A DNA stretch of 64,000 nt from Terriglobia bacterium (GTDB lineage: Bacteria; Acidobacteriota; Terriglobia; 20CM-2-55-15): NCBI GenBank assembly GCA_965218585.1, contig CBDCLE010000019.1, positions 1 to 64,000 of the forward strand. Direction: 5' to 3'. The notes beneath the pieces were generated by a model. That model was given only the letters and a program-made list of their open reading frames with translations, was not told the origin of the DNA and ran no database searches. Within the stretch, counting starts at the first letter, position 1. Every line of letters starts with the position of its first letter. Shown here one piece after another: positions 41,795 to 51,255 of this stretch. The translations under genes and the position numbers were made by a program.

Positions 41795-42856
41795 ATGAAA
41801 CAGGCCAAGTATATCGGCATGGATGTGCACCAGGCAACGACGGTGGTGATGGTCTTAAACGCAGACGGCAAACTGGTCTGGGAAAAGATCGTAGAGACCC
41901 AGGCCGGGCCAATCATTGATTTGCTGGAGAGTCTGAGTGGTGAGCTGCACGTGACGTTTGAAGAAACCACGCAGGCCGAATGGCTCTACAACGTGGTCCG
42001 GGGATATGTGAGCGAAGTGATCGTGTGTGATCCCAGACGGAACAAACTGCTCAGTGACGGGTCCAAGACCGACCGGGTGGATGCCCTGAAACTGGCCGAG
42101 CTGCTCCGGGCCGGATGGCTGCGGTCGGTCTACCACGGGCACGATGCGACGCGGACGTTGAAAGAACTGGTCCGCGGATATGAGACCTTGACCCTGGATA
42201 CGCAGCGGACGATGGTTCGGATCAAGGCAATGTATCGAGGACGTGGGATCCGGACGCCGGGCCACGGCGTCTACCTCCCATCGCAGCGGGAACACTGGAT
42301 CGAACAGCTCGCCAATACCGGTGCACGGCGGCGTACCGGATGGTTGTATGAGGAGCTGGATCATCTGAGAGGGTTAAGAAAAAAAGCGAAGCTGGCGATG
42401 TTAACCGAGAGCTGCAAGCATCGTGCGGTGGGGATATTGCAGACGATTCCCCAGTTGGGACCGATACGTTGCGCCTTGATTGTAGCGACGGGGGACACCC
42501 CGCATCGATTTCGAACCAAACGCCAGCTCTGGAACTACAGCGGTCTGGCCGTGGCAATGCACATGAGTGCGGAGTATGAGCAGGAAGGGAGTCGTGTGGT
42601 ACGTCGTCGAAAGCCGATCGCCACGCGGGGACTGAACCGCAACGGCAACCGACGTTTGAAAGATGTGTTCATCGGGGCGGCGACCGGAGGCATGGGGGCC
42701 GAACCTTGGAAAAGCTACCTGGAGGGGCTCCAGAAAGACGGCAAGCGTAAGGAGATGGCTCGGCTGACACTGGCGAGGAAGATTGCAGCGACCGCACTGA
42801 AGATGTGGAAGAAAGGAGACACGTTTAACGCAAAGAAACTGAACTTGGCGACATAG
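41795..42856 (+). CDS. IS110 DEDD transposase/recombinase
   Basis: YIGMDVH, FEET, KTDRVDA, IPQLG, YSGL....SA, ARKIA. Confidence 0.93.
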   Translation: MKQAKYIGMDVHQATTVVMVLNADGKLVWEKIVETQAGPIIDLLESLSGELHVTFEETTQAEWLYNVVRGYVSEVIVCDPRRNKLLSDGSKTDRVDALKLAELLRAGWLRSVYHGHDATRTLKELVRGYETLTLDTQRTMVRIKAMYRGRGIRTPGHGVYLPSQREHWIEQLANTGARRRTGWLYEELDHLRGLRKKAKLAMLTESCKHRAVGILQTIPQLGPIRCALIVATGDTPHRFRTKRQLWNYSGLAVAMHMSAEYEQEGSRVVRRRKPIATRGLNRNGNRRLKDVFIGAATGGMGAEPWKSYLEGLQKDGKRKEMARLTLARKIAATALKMWKKGDTFNAKKLNLAT

Positions 42857-43220
42857 CCGTTTCCAGACTTCTGCCGACAGCGCGAGGCATTCGACCGCTC
42901 GTCGTCGGTGAGGCGTCGGAACGGTAGGGTCGAGGGTGAGGATCCGATACGCGGTTGGCACACAGCGCTTGCTGAAGGCCCATGTAATACTCTATCCCCC
43001 CTCGCACGACCTGGAAAAGCGATAGCCCTCGAGGCTCAGATAGAACCGTGGTCGGCAATCACGACCCCTTTGCGCTTTTCAGTTTCTCGAAACCACACCA
43101 CGTTGTGATGAGTGATCGACTTCTCTGCGATGCCGGATCAACAGTTCGTCTCAACGGAGACAGGGGCTGGCTGCCACGACAGTGTTGGGTCCGGTGGTCC
43201 GCTCGGCGGGGACGTGTTTC
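42857..43220 (+). ncRNA. Candidate bridge/seek RNA region
   Basis: Non-coding 3' region with short matches to the target and element-end sequences. Confidence 0.5.
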
Positions 43221-43487
43221 TCTTGACAGCCCCTTCCATAGAACCGCGTTTTCGTCGCAATTTTTTGTACGAGCTGGTTGAGCCGACTGATGCTTTAAGT
43301 GATTAACAGGGCTTAGCTTACACCTGTTCAGTCCGGTTGGGGCAATGTAATTATGCGGCTGGATTGGAGGCACAAGTCCCTAACTGATGATGCGACTTGC
43401 GTGGCCGGGCTCACCTACTGCCAGTCCCAAAGGGCTCTAGGTTAGGGGTTGCACAGGGGAGTGACGTATCCATTACCATGGAGGCCC

Positions 43488-45446
43488 ATGCGCATCGGTA
43501 TCGATACGGGCGGGACGTTCACGGACTTCGTGTCGATTCGCGACAATCGGATCCAGATACTGAAGGAACCGTCCACTCCTCAATCACCCGAGCAGGCTAT
43601 CCTGACGGGTCTGGGACGACTTGACGCGTCCGTTGATACAGGCCTGGACGTTGTTCATGGATCCACCGTCGCGACCAATGCGTTGCTCGAACGCAAGGGT
43701 GCTCGGACAGCACTGATCACAACGGCTGGCTTCGAAGACGTGTTGGTTATCGGTCGACAGACTCGTCCCAATCTCTACGACATCTTTACGACACGGCTGC
43801 CGCCTCTGGTCGGAGACCGGCTTCGAGTAAGTGTCTCCCAACGTACTCTTCACGACGGTACTGCAGCGGTTCCGTTGGATCGAGCCGAACTGAAAGAGCT
43901 GGTATACGGACTTCAGCGCGACGGTGTGGAGTCGATTGCGGTGTCTCTCCTGTTTAGTTTCCAGAATCCTTCCGACGAGCTTGAGATACGGAAGGCGTGT
44001 ACCACACTCGACATTCCGGTGTCCCTGTCTTCGGACATTCTTCCCGAATATCGTGAGTACGAACGGACCTCGACGACAGTGGTGAACGCTTATCTCGCGC
44101 CTGTCATGAATCGTTACCTCGGTCGGTTGGAGAGTGCGCTTTCCGGTTCCCGATTGCGCGTGATGCAGTCCAATGGGGGTGCGGTCAGGACAGGGACTGC
44201 AGCCGCCGAACCGGTGCGAACAATTTTGTCCGGTCCGGCCGGCGGTGTAGTCGGGGCCTTGTCCCTGGCCAATCGAGCTGGATTTTCGAAGATCATCACT
44301 TTTGACATGGGAGGAACGTCGACCGACGTGGCTCTGTTGGACGGCGAGATACGGTTGACGCATGAGAACGAAGTCGGAGAGATGCCGATCGGTATCCCGA
44401 TGATGGACATCCATACTGTCGGTGCCGGCGGCGGTTCGATCGCGCGAGTGGACGCAGGAGGAGCTCTCCGAGTCGGTCCTGAAAGTGCAGGTGCCCAACC
44501 GGGTCCGATCTGTTATGGGAAGGGATCCGACCTCACCGTGACCGACGCCAATGTCCTGCTCGGACGTCTGCGGCCCGAGTTCTTCCTCGGGGGCGAAATG
44601 AAACTGCAGACGGAAAGGATTGGAACCGTTCTAGGGAGCAATCGATGGGTTCGCAAGTGGCGAAACATGGAGAGCATGGCGGCTGGCGTCATTGACGTCG
44701 TGAACAACAACATGGAGCAGGCCATCCGTTTGATTTCGGTTGAGCGCGGTCATGACGTTCGGGAGTTTACGCTTGTCTGCTTCGGCGGCGGCGGCGCACT
44801 CCATGCCGCGACATTGGCCGCAAACCTCGGCATTCCGCGTGTTGTCGTGCCGCCGTATCCGGGAGCTCTATCGGCCTTGGGTCTCCTGCTGGCCGATGCG
44901 CGAAAGGACTATTCGAAGACGCTGCTCGGAGTGCGCCCGACGCGTTCGAATATTCGAAAGTTTCTGGCCTCGTTGCATCGGGAAGGGATGGCCGATCTCG
45001 GGGACGAGGGTTTCCGCCGCCGCGATATTGCGGTCATCGATTTTCTGGACGTTCGGTATATGGGTCAGTCCTATGAATTGACGATCCCGTACTCCACCGA
45101 TTGGCAAGTGTCGTTCCATCGAGCGCATGAGAAGCGCTACGGCCATTCGAATCCCGACGGTTCCCTCGAAGTTGTCAACGTGCGGTCGACCCTTCTGGGG
45201 AGAACCACTAAACCGGAACTTCCCCGCTCTCGCCGAAGCCGCCGGCGCCCAATTCCCGTCGAAACGGTTCGTGTCTGGTCTGGTCGATGGATAAAGGCTG
45301 ACGTGTATGACAGACAGATGTTGAAATACGGAAACGTCGTTCGGGGACCGGCGATAGTCGGCGAGTACAGCTCGACAACTTTTGTGTCACCCGGATTCCG
45401 TTGCGATGTGGATAGGTTTGGAAATTTGGTACTTACAAAAGGATGA
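43488..45446 (+). CDS. Hydantoinase/5-oxoprolinase subunit A
   Basis: IDTGGTFTD, HGSTVATN, SGPAGG, DMGGTSTD, GPESAGA. Confidence 0.93.
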   Translation: MRIGIDTGGTFTDFVSIRDNRIQILKEPSTPQSPEQAILTGLGRLDASVDTGLDVVHGSTVATNALLERKGARTALITTAGFEDVLVIGRQTRPNLYDIFTTRLPPLVGDRLRVSVSQRTLHDGTAAVPLDRAELKELVYGLQRDGVESIAVSLLFSFQNPSDELEIRKACTTLDIPVSLSSDILPEYREYERTSTTVVNAYLAPVMNRYLGRLESALSGSRLRVMQSNGGAVRTGTAAAEPVRTILSGPAGGVVGALSLANRAGFSKIITFDMGGTSTDVALLDGEIRLTHENEVGEMPIGIPMMDIHTVGAGGGSIARVDAGGALRVGPESAGAQPGPICYGKGSDLTVTDANVLLGRLRPEFFLGGEMKLQTERIGTVLGSNRWVRKWRNMESMAAGVIDVVNNNMEQAIRLISVERGHDVREFTLVCFGGGGALHAATLAANLGIPRVVVPPYPGALSALGLLLADARKDYSKTLLGVRPTRSNIRKFLASLHREGMADLGDEGFRRRDIAVIDFLDVRYMGQSYELTIPYSTDWQVSFHRAHEKRYGHSNPDGSLEVVNVRSTLLGRTTKPELPRSRRSRRRPIPVETVRVWSGRWIKADVYDRQMLKYGNVVRGPAIVGEYSSTTFVSPGFRCDVDRFGNLVLTKG

Positions 45447-45483
45447 AGAAGATCATTCATCACAGAGGCGCAGAGAACTGAAG

Positions 45484-47067
45484 ATGAAAGTCGACCCGGT
45501 AAAACTGGAGATATTCAAGAGCCTCTTCCACTCTATCGCAGAGGAAATGGGAGCGACGCTCAGGCGGACTGCGTATTCTCCCAACATCAAGGAAAGGCGC
45601 GACTATTCCTGTGCAGTTTTTGACAACCAGGGACGGATGGTCGCCCAGGGAGATCATATGCCGGTCCATCTGGGTTCTATGCCACTGTCGGTTGCTGCAG
45701 CGATCGGTAATCGGGACATCGGACCGGGCGACATGGTCATGTTGAACGATCCCTACGCGGGAGGGACCCACCTGCCCGACATCACGCTTGTCTCGGGTGT
45801 TTTCGATAAGAAGAGATTGCTCTTCTACGTTGCGTGCCGGGCCCATCATTCCGACGTGGGAGGAATGTCTCCGGGCTCGATGCCGCTGGCCGAGGAAATC
45901 TACCAGGAAGGACTGCGCATCCCACCCGTCAAACTGCTTTCCGGCGGGAAGCTCAATCCGGACGTCTGGGATCTGGTCCTGGCGAATGTCCGAACGCCGG
46001 AGGAGCGCAAGGGGGATCTGGCCGCCATGTTGGCTGCGAATCGGACCGGGGAGAGCCGGTTGCTCGAGATCGTCCGGAAGAATGGACTGAGGGAGGTGCG
46101 AAGCTACGTTTCGGAATTGCTGAACTACACGGAACGGATGACACGGCACGTCATATCTCAGATCCCGAACGGCACATACAAAGCCGAGGACGTCCTCGAC
46201 GACGACGGGTTATCCGAAGGCCCGATAAGCATAAGAGTTCAAATTGACATCCGCGGCAATCGCGCGCGAATCGATTTTTCAGGTTCCGATCCGCAAGCGT
46301 CGGGAAGTGTCAATGCGGTCTACGCGATTACGGCATCCGTAGTCTTCTACGTGTTCCGCACGCTGGTTCCGGTATCGATTCCCTCGACAGAAGGCGGCAT
46401 GCGCCCACTGGAAATCATCGCGCCCGAGGGCACGATCGTGAACGCGCGCCCGCCGGCAGCTGTATCGGGGGGTAACGTCGAAACCTCTCAGCGCATTGTG
46501 GACGTTCTCTACAAGTGCCTCGCCAAGGCCCTTCCGGATAGAGTTCCGGCAGCCAGTCAGGGAACGATGAACAACGTGACCTTTGGAGGAACGAATCCCA
46601 GCGGACAACCGTTTGCTTATTACGAGACGATCGCAGGAGGGATGGGAGCGCGGCCTGGGATGGACGGGATGTCCGGTGTCCATACTCACATGACCAACTC
46701 GATGAACACGCCGATCGAGGCGATCGAGTATGTCTATCCTGTGCAGATTGAACGGTACGGGTTACGTCCCGACTCGGGTGGAGACGGTCGATGGCGTGGA
46801 GGCGACGGCATCGTTCGCGAAATTCGTTTTCTGACGCCAGCCGAGGTGACAGTCCTGTCTGAACGTCGAAGTTCACCTCCCTACGGTTTGAGCGGTGGCG
46901 ATCCTGGCCTGACGGGACGAAACCGCGTGATTCGTCGGGACGGGTCGGTCGAAGAATTTGGATCGAAGTTCACCACACGCGCTGCGGTCGGGGATATTCT
47001 TTCTGTCGAGACACCTGGAGGCGGAGGATGGGGTCGAAAGCAACCGAAGAGGGTTGAAAAGGTTTAG
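45484..47067 (+). CDS. Hydantoinase/5-oxoprolinase subunit B
   Basis: NIKERRDYSCA, PVHLGSM, NDPYAGGTHLPD, HHSDVGG, TPGGGG. Confidence 0.93.
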   Translation: MKVDPVKLEIFKSLFHSIAEEMGATLRRTAYSPNIKERRDYSCAVFDNQGRMVAQGDHMPVHLGSMPLSVAAAIGNRDIGPGDMVMLNDPYAGGTHLPDITLVSGVFDKKRLLFYVACRAHHSDVGGMSPGSMPLAEEIYQEGLRIPPVKLLSGGKLNPDVWDLVLANVRTPEERKGDLAAMLAANRTGESRLLEIVRKNGLREVRSYVSELLNYTERMTRHVISQIPNGTYKAEDVLDDDGLSEGPISIRVQIDIRGNRARIDFSGSDPQASGSVNAVYAITASVVFYVFRTLVPVSIPSTEGGMRPLEIIAPEGTIVNARPPAAVSGGNVETSQRIVDVLYKCLAKALPDRVPAASQGTMNNVTFGGTNPSGQPFAYYETIAGGMGARPGMDGMSGVHTHMTNSMNTPIEAIEYVYPVQIERYGLRPDSGGDGRWRGGDGIVREIRFLTPAEVTVLSERRSSPPYGLSGGDPGLTGRNRVIRRDGSVEEFGSKFTTRAAVGDILSVETPGGGGWGRKQPKRVEKV

Positions 47068-47094
47068 TGAGGCGGACTTTTTGGTCCGCCTCAC
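47067..47094. terminator. Hairpin between convergent genes
   Basis: GTGAGGCGGAC/GTCCGCCTCAC. Confidence 0.6.
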
Positions 47095-47119
47095 GTACGG
47101 CCTGCCGGAAGGAGTGAGA

Positions 47120-47716
47120 TCAGCTCGCCTCGATCTGCAAGTTGTTAATGACCTCGAACGCCGCTGTTGCTGCGAGGACACTGTTCTCGGCAAGTATCCG
47201 GTCCATCTCGTTTCGGACTACACCTTCGAGACGAACCCGTCTGTTGGTCACGATGACGTGGATCGGTGGTCTGACCAGTCGGGAAAGAATGGGTAGCGTT
47301 TCCTCGCTGTAAATTGCGTTGACAGCCGCCAGACGGATCTGGTCGTCCCATGTGGACTGGGGCAGCACTTCGAGGTTGTTGATAACCCTCGCGACATCTG
47401 ACACGCGCGCCACTGTAGCTTCGTAGCCGCCCCTCTGGAAAGGCTCACGGACTACTCCGTTCAATGTTACGACGCCATCTTCGACTGTGGCCGTGACCCA
47501 GCCGTAGATATCGAAATGAGAGTACCGCCGAATTGAGCTGGCGACGGTTTCAGCAAGTGTCCGATCGAATTCGGTAACGTCAGCCGCCTGTCCGACATCA
47601 ATGTCGGAGACAACTGCGGGTGCTGAATCTGCCGGTGCCGCATCGAGCGCAGGAACCAACGCGCTTAAGCTGAAAAGCATGACGAACACAGCAACTGAGA
47701 GCAGAGATTTTGTCAT
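47120..47716 (-). CDS. Secreted BON-domain protein
   Basis: Two repeats GVVTLNGVV..V.NNL. Confidence 0.85.
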   Translation of the reverse strand: MTKSLLSVAVFVMLFSLSALVPALDAAPADSAPAVVSDIDVGQAADVTEFDRTLAETVASSIRRYSHFDIYGWVTATVEDGVVTLNGVVREPFQRGGYEATVARVSDVARVINNLEVLPQSTWDDQIRLAAVNAIYSEETLPILSRLVRPPIHVIVTNRRVRLEGVVRNEMDRILAENSVLAATAAFEVINNLQIEAS

Positions 47717-47909
47717 CACAAGTCCTCCTTGAACTTACCCATGTTTGACGGGAGGATGGTGATTTGGTGAGCGCGACAGGGAAGCGTTTGATGTCGACTA
47801 TGGAATCAAAGTTCGGAACTGGGGGTCGTGTTGTTGCCTTCAAGCGACGACTGTGTACAGAAATCTCTCTTCTGGTTCACAGGGCGTGGTAGGTAGCGTC
47901 AGTCTGTGG

Positions 47910-48533
47910 TTAATCCGCTGCCGGATGCTGGGTCAACCCCTCCCAGCTACCCTTTATATCCCCCCCGTGCAACTCGCACTTGTGCGGGAAGTCCAGATCG
48001 CACTGAGGAATCGGTTTACGCAACTTTGGGTCCATGAGCTCGTGGATATCCAGCCGCATGGCTTCTCTCGAGTAAGCGGCCAGATCGAGAATTCCGGTGT
48101 CCATCCGGATGGCATCCTCAGGGCAGACCTCGACACAGTACCCGCAATAGACGCAGACTCCCAGGTCGATGTCGAAGCGCACCGGGTACTTCTCGACGTT
48201 CGGATCGGGGTGCTCCCCGGCCACGATGGTAATGCACCTGGCGGGGCAAACCGTTTCGCAGAGCATGCACCCCACGCAGCGTGGCGTGTTGTTGTCGCGC
48301 ACGGTCAGCCGATGCCTGCTTCGGTAACGGGACATCAGTGGCCGGAGTTCTTCAGGGTACTGGATGGTGGCCGCGGCAGAAACGTTCTTGAAACGGCCCA
48401 GTTGGTGGGCCGCATGGAGAAAAAGATTTCGGAAGAAGTGTTTCGAAGTGATTCTGAAGCCAGAGATGATCTGGGGGATGTAAAGCCTTTCCCAGAAAGT
48501 CAGTTCCGGTCTCTGGACAACTCTGACGGCCAC
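47910..48533 (-). CDS. nuoI: NADH-quinone oxidoreductase subunit I
   Basis: TIQYPEE, CVGCMLCETVCP, CVYCGYCVEVCP. Confidence 0.93.
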   Translation of the reverse strand: MAVRVVQRPELTFWERLYIPQIISGFRITSKHFFRNLFLHAAHQLGRFKNVSAAATIQYPEELRPLMSRYRSRHRLTVRDNNTPRCVGCMLCETVCPARCITIVAGEHPDPNVEKYPVRFDIDLGVCVYCGYCVEVCPEDAIRMDTGILDLAAYSREAMRLDIHELMDPKLRKPIPQCDLDFPHKCELHGGDIKGSWEGLTQHPAAD

Positions 48534-49624
48534 TAGGATCCCTCTCCAAAAAACATCAGCACGCCGGCTGTGACTACAATGTTAACCACCGCGATCGGAA
48601 ACAATCCCCGCCAGCCCAATTTCATGAGCTGGTCATAACGGAAGCGCGGCAGGGTCCAACGGAGTTGCATGAACACCCAGCAAAAAATCACGACCTTGGT
48701 CGAAAAGCTCGCCACACCAAGGAGCACGTAGACCCAGTTGGAAAGGAGGATCTCCCCTCCCCAGGGGAAGTGAAAACCGTCCGGCATGAGAAAGGGCACC
48801 TGCCACCCACCGAAAAAGAGCGTGGTCGACAAGCTGGCCACCATGATGGTCTCCAGGAAGTCCGTGAGGAAGAACATCCCGAACTTCATTCCGCTGTACT
48901 CGACGAAATACCCGATGATCTCCGATTCGCCTTCAGGCATGTCGAAGGGCATCCGCTTGGTTTCGGCCAGCGCGGCTGTCAGAAAGACGACAAAGGCCAC
49001 CGGTTGGGCGACGATGCCCCAGAAAGGGATCCAACCGCCGATCATCCGCCCCTGGGCTCGCACCAGCTCCGTCAGATCCATGGTTCCGTAAACCATGACC
49101 ACGCCAACGATGGCGACACCCAGAGCGATCTCATAGGAGATCATCTGCGCGGTGGCCCTCAATGCTCCCAGGATCGCGTAATTGCTGCGCGAGGCAAGGC
49201 CGGCGAGGATTACCCCGTAGACCCCGAGGGAGAGCATGGCAAAAATGTAGAGGAGCGCCACATCGATTTTGGCGACCTGGAGTTCAATGACCCTGTCTCC
49301 CAGTATAAGTGTGTCGCCGAAAGGAATCGCGGCGAACGCCACCAAGGCAAAGAACACTGAAAAGAATGGGGCGAGAGTATGGAGGGTCCTGTCTGCTCCG
49401 CTCGGGACGATGTCCTCTTTGGTGAACAGCTTGACCGCGTCGGCCAGACCGTGAAAGAGTCCCAGCAACCGAAAACCAAAAATGTCCGCCCGGTTGGCCC
49501 CTATCCGATCCTGGATCAGGGCGGACTGTTTCCGCTCTGCCCAGGTATGAAGTCCCGCGAAGTTCAGGACCGCGAAAAACACGATCCCTGCCAGCACAAG
49601 CTTGATGACCAGAACTTCTATCAC
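48533..49624 (-). CDS. nuoH: NADH-quinone oxidoreductase subunit H
   Basis: ERK..QDRIG, AQMISYE, R.PFD.PEGESE, PRFRYDQLM. Confidence 0.95.
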   Translation of the reverse strand: MIEVLVIKLVLAGIVFFAVLNFAGLHTWAERKQSALIQDRIGANRADIFGFRLLGLFHGLADAVKLFTKEDIVPSGADRTLHTLAPFFSVFFALVAFAAIPFGDTLILGDRVIELQVAKIDVALLYIFAMLSLGVYGVILAGLASRSNYAILGALRATAQMISYEIALGVAIVGVVMVYGTMDLTELVRAQGRMIGGWIPFWGIVAQPVAFVVFLTAALAETKRMPFDMPEGESEIIGYFVEYSGMKFGMFFLTDFLETIMVASLSTTLFFGGWQVPFLMPDGFHFPWGGEILLSNWVYVLLGVASFSTKVVIFCWVFMQLRWTLPRFRYDQLMKLGWRGLFPIAVVNIVVTAGVLMFFGEGS

Positions 49625-51255
49625 GGAATTGACACCGTTTCAGCAGGCTCGGTTGGCCGGACTTGAACCCCTTGATCGCCGATCGTCTCGTAGCTCAATC
49701 CTCGGAAAGGCGCTTCCGCCCGAGCAAGGCCCACGAAGATTTCTTCGGGCTGTCGCCAGTCCAGTTCGAGCCCGAGCAACCGGGCCAATTCCAGGAGAAC
49801 GCGCCAATCCTCGCGAGAGTCGCCAAGCGGAGGAAACGCCTGGCCGATTCGCTGGACACGTCCGTGGCAATTGACGAAGGTTCCGTCCTTTTCGACATAG
49901 GCCGCGCTGGGCAAGACCCAATGGGCAAATTGTGCGGTCGGATTCTCGTTCGTTCCGGAGAAAACGAAGAGACCCACCTTCTCTCGGAGCTCGGAGACTT
50001 TCTCTTCCCCGAAGAGTTCCACCAGGTCGTGTCCGGTGACCCACAGGACGTCAAGTTTACCTGCGAGCGCGTCGTCCAGGATCTGTTCTGCATCCGGGGT
50101 GTCGGGACCGGATAAGCCCAACAAGCTTGCTCCCATAGTGTTGGGGTTCTTATCCGCCTTGATGAGGAAATCGTCCGTAGAACCCGGCTGTTCAGGAACA
50201 GACGTAGTGACTCGGGAGTCCAGAGCGCGCTCGAAAATCTCCCGGACCAGAAACAGTTCTTCGTTGCTGAGCTGGGCCGAGGCGATCACCCCAATGCGTC
50301 CTCTGGGCAAGCCTCGGACGGCGGTAGAGATCGTGTCAAGAGCCTGATCCCAGGTGTGATCCTCGGTGTTGGGAGCGTCGGCCTTGTCGGCTGATGGTCC
50401 GTACACTTTCAAAAGGCGATTCTGATCGATCCAGCCGAGGCCATAGCGCCCTTCATCGCACAGCCACCATTGGTTCACGTCCGGGTTCTGGCGTGGCTTG
50501 ACACGCACGAGCCGTGCGCTGTCGTTTAGATGGGGTCTGTCCAGAACGTAGTGCAAGTCCATATTGCAGCCCTGGCTGCATCCGTTGCAAACGGTGGGGG
50601 CGCTGGAGAGGTACCAGACCCGTGTCTTGAAACGAAATCTCCGCTCGGTCAGCGCACCGACCGGACAGATGTCCACGACGTTGGCTGAATACGGATTATT
50701 GAGTTCATCGCCAGGATACAACCCCAGCTCGCTGCGGTCCCCACGATTGAAGATGCCGAATTCGCCGGTTTTCGTGATCTCGTCAGTGAAGCGCACGCAA
50801 CGGGAACAAAGGATACAGCGCTCCTGGTCCAGCATCACGTTCGGGCCAAGTGTCACCGCTTTCTGCTTCTTGACTTTGTGCTCCCTGAAGCGAGGATTGT
50901 AGAGCCCGAAGTTCAGGTAGAAGTTCTGCAAGTCGCACTCGCCGGACTGGTCGCAGACCGAGCAGTCGAGCGGGTGGTTCGCCAGGAGAAACTCCAGTAC
51001 CGCGCGCCGTCCGTCCTGGGCTGTGTCACTCTCTGTGTGAACAACCATCCCATCGGTCACCGGAGTGTTGCAGGCGATCTGAAGCTTGGGTGCCTTCTCC
51101 ACCTCCACAAGGCAGATGCGGCAGTTGCCCGCGATAGAAAGTCCGGGATGGTAGCAATAGCGCGGAATGAAAATTCCCAGGGTTTCCGCGGCTTGGATGA
51201 CTGTGGTTCCCTCCTCTACGCTGACCTCCCGGCCGTCAATCGTCAGGTTAGGCAT
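49621..51255 (-). CDS. nuoG: NADH-quinone oxidoreductase subunit G (short form)
   Basis: CYHP..GNCRIC, HPLDCSVCDQSGEC, CILCSRCVRF, CNGCSQGC. Confidence 0.92.
   Translation of the reverse strand: MPNLTIDGREVSVEEGTTVIQAAETLGIFIPRYCYHPGLSIAGNCRICLVEVEKAPKLQIACNTPVTDGMVVHTESDTAQDGRRAVLEFLLANHPLDCSVCDQSGECDLQNFYLNFGLYNPRFREHKVKKQKAVTLGPNVMLDQERCILCSRCVRFTDEITKTGEFGIFNRGDRSELGLYPGDELNNPYSANVVDICPVGALTERRFRFKTRVWYLSSAPTVCNGCSQGCNMDLHYVLDRPHLNDSARLVRVKPRQNPDVNQWWLCDEGRYGLGWIDQNRLLKVYGPSADKADAPNTEDHTWDQALDTISTAVRGLPRGRIGVIASAQLSNEELFLVREIFERALDSRVTTSVPEQPGSTDDFLIKADKNPNTMGASLLGLSGPDTPDAEQILDDALAGKLDVLWVTGHDLVELFGEEKVSELREKVGLFVFSGTNENPTAQFAHWVLPSAAYVEKDGTFVNCHGRVQRIGQAFPPLGDSREDWRVLLELARLLGLELDWRQPEEIFVGLARAEAPFRGLSYETIGDQGVQVRPTEPAETVSIP

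Larger units (their letters stand above)
41685..43244 (+). mobile_element. IS110-family element (IS1111-like, long 3' non-coding region); ends approximate
   Basis: AAC core at both ends; subterminal GGAAGG/CCTTCC; TTGACA at right end and TATAAG at left end would join into a promoter on circularisation. Confidence 0.7.
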
